Shown one piece after another: positions 62,367 to 64,000 of a DNA stretch of 64,000 nucleotides; position 1 is the first letter of the stretch, and every line of letters begins with the position of its first letter. This stretch comes from Trichormus sp. ATA11-4-KO1 (GTDB taxonomy: Bacteria > Cyanobacteriota > Cyanobacteriia > Cyanobacteriales > Nostocaceae). The position numbers and the translations under genes are program-made. Location: the NCBI GenBank assembly GCA_019358915.1, contig JAHHIM010000014.1, positions 1 to 64,000 on the forward strand. Direction: 5' to 3'. The notes under the pieces are model-generated. The model was not told the origin of the DNA and did not search any database. It saw only the letters and a program-made list of their open reading frames with translations.

Positions 62367-63497
62367 TTAACAAGTTGGTATTTCTACCTTGGTATCAAAG
62401 TAGGAACTAACAACATCATTTATCTCAGACATAAATCTTTGGGTAGAAAATAAGTTTTTTTGAGTAGTTAGGGATTGAAGTAGTTTGTTTTGTTTAGTAG
62501 AGTCATTTAAGACTTCAATAATTTTTTCTACAGCCTCAACTTCCGTATTAAAAAATAATTCATTATTATGTTCACCGACAATTTCCACTTGTCCGCCATC
62601 ACTTCTCACAAAAGGAATAGCACCAGCTTTTACCATTTCGGCAATAGAAATACCAAAAGGTTCTCTTTTAAAGTGAATACCATACTTACATTTAACTAAA
62701 ACTTTAATATACTCCTCATAGGGAAGATTTTCATGTAAGGTAATCCAAGATGAATTTTCTTCTACCATCTTTTTGATGGAATTAGTATATTGCCATTCAT
62801 AAACACCACCACCACCACCTGTCATATATAATTTAATATCAAAGCCTCGCTCACGAACCAGCTTCAGTATTTTGATGATTCTATGAGGTTCTTTTGCTTT
62901 GACTATTCTGCCACTACAAATGAATGCGTCTTCTTTGTCAATCCAAGGTATATCTGGTGTATCTATAACAACGGGAGGATACACTACATTTGAATCAATT
63001 TTGTATTGTTTTCTTGTCGTATTAGCAACACAATAAGAATTTGCTATTGAGATATTTTGGGATATTTGTTCTAGTGAAAAACCGGATATTCTTCTATAAA
63101 GAGGTGTACCCTCAAGAACTCTAACCCAATGTATGTATTGAATTCCTATTCGACCCATGTCCATCGCATTATATGCAGACATAACTAAGTCATATTCATG
63201 GCAATGTCGCTTAAAATCCCGAATTAAAAGATGAAAAAATAACATTCTGACATCTTTATTTTTAACCATCATAAAATAGCAAATAACGGTTAAAATTTTG
63301 GGAATAATAGTTTTAACTTTTATATCTTCATTTGATATACTTGTTCCATACATAGAATTTAGTTCTTTAATATCAATATCTCCAAGAGTAAATAATGTTA
63401 GATCATATTTATCTTTTAATGCTTGGAGAATCCATAGTCCCACTGCTTCTGCACCGCCACCCATAAAACATGGGTAATAAATGGCTACTTTTTTCAT
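62367..63497 (-). CDS. GT4 glycosyltransferase
   Basis: GGGAE, VYPPV, SGRI...K, EPFGISIAE, GGQVEIV. Confidence 0.88.
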   Translation of the reverse strand: MKKVAIYYPCFMGGGAEAVGLWILQALKDKYDLTLFTLGDIDIKELNSMYGTSISNEDIKVKTIIPKILTVICYFMMVKNKDVRMLFFHLLIRDFKRHCHEYDLVMSAYNAMDMGRIGIQYIHWVRVLEGTPLYRRISGFSLEQISQNISIANSYCVANTTRKQYKIDSNVVYPPVVIDTPDIPWIDKEDAFICSGRIVKAKEPHRIIKILKLVRERGFDIKLYMTGGGGGVYEWQYTNSIKKMVEENSSWITLHENLPYEEYIKVLVKCKYGIHFKREPFGISIAEMVKAGAIPFVRSDGGQVEIVGEHNNELFFNTEVEAVEKIIEVLNDSTKQNKLLQSLTTQKNLFSTQRFMSEINDVVSSYFDTKVEIPTC

Positions 63498-63618
63498 AGT
63501 TAAATACTCTATATTTTTCTGATGTTTATCTTAGCCATGATTAGATATAATCGTCAATGCAATTTATACTAGATGAATTAAATATGCGGCAATTTGTTGT
63601 TAAGGGTAATAAAAATAA

Positions 63619-64000
63619 CTATTGTTTTATACTTTTATTTATTTTTTCTAATGTTTCCATCTGAGCTAACAAATAAATAGCCAAATGGTAAGAGTCAGCA
63701 ATTAACTCATCTTCTGATTCAGTATTATCTACTAAACCATCTGCAAGTGAAACTAAGACATTAAGTAGATGATTGAGTTTTCTCTGAAGTTCATCAAATA
63801 TTTGCATTAAGTTTTCATTGTTATCTGTAAATAAGTTATTTTGTAGTTTAATGCTTTCTTGGAAAACTTCGATATTGGCGATAATTCTCAAGACTGATTT
63901 GTATGCTTCATTCAATAGTTCTTGGCGTTCTTTAGTATCATCTACTATGCCATCAGTTAATAATCTTAAGCAACCAATCATCGAGTTCAGTCGCGTGCGA
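63619..64000 (-). CDS. 3' part of a gene truncated by the window edge, ending in two HisKA-like helical segments
   Basis: The frame is open to position 64000 (RTRLNSMIGCLRLL...). Confidence 0.6.
   Translation of the reverse strand, partial: RTRLNSMIGCLRLLTDGIVDDTKERQELLNEAYKSVLRIIANIEVFQESIKLQNNLFTDNNENLMQIFDELQRKLNHLLNVLVSLADGLVDNTESEDELIADSYHLAIYLLAQMETLEKINKSIKQ

Noticed and set aside
1..64000. cas genes, transposases, integrases, prophage genes, tRNA or rRNA
   Set aside because: None recognised in the ORFs or in the intergenic regions by eye

Overview
A 64-kb chromosomal segment from a filamentous cyanobacterium, most likely Nostocales. The evidence is frequent HIP1 GCGATCGC octamers, heptamer STRR tracts, psaM, nblS, ebsA and a CAAD-bearing ValRS. 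Housekeeping genes (dnaX, mgdA, valS, purD, nblS, dnaB, rplI, psaM, FKBP) are interspersed with large signalling and protease proteins (TPR-CHAT, caspase-NTPase-WD40, two Ser/Thr kinases). There are also small accessory insertions (GxxExxY nuclease, BrnTA, two Uma2 genes) and the end of a glycosyltransferase cluster. Highlights: (1) An orphan two-repeat CRISPR mini-array with a leader and a short 22-nt spacer. (2) A dispersed ~30-bp triplet repeat whose inward-facing copies bracket both the GxxExxY nuclease gene and the mini-array, suggesting a repeat/nuclease cargo-cassette system. (3) A CHAT protease whose N-terminal domain is also encoded as a stand-alone gene directly upstream. (4) A deletion scar fusing an AmpG-like start to a GlcNAc-kinase-like end. 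Features (1), (2) and (4) are not explained by the ORF track. Family assignments come from motif recognition only; no searches were run.
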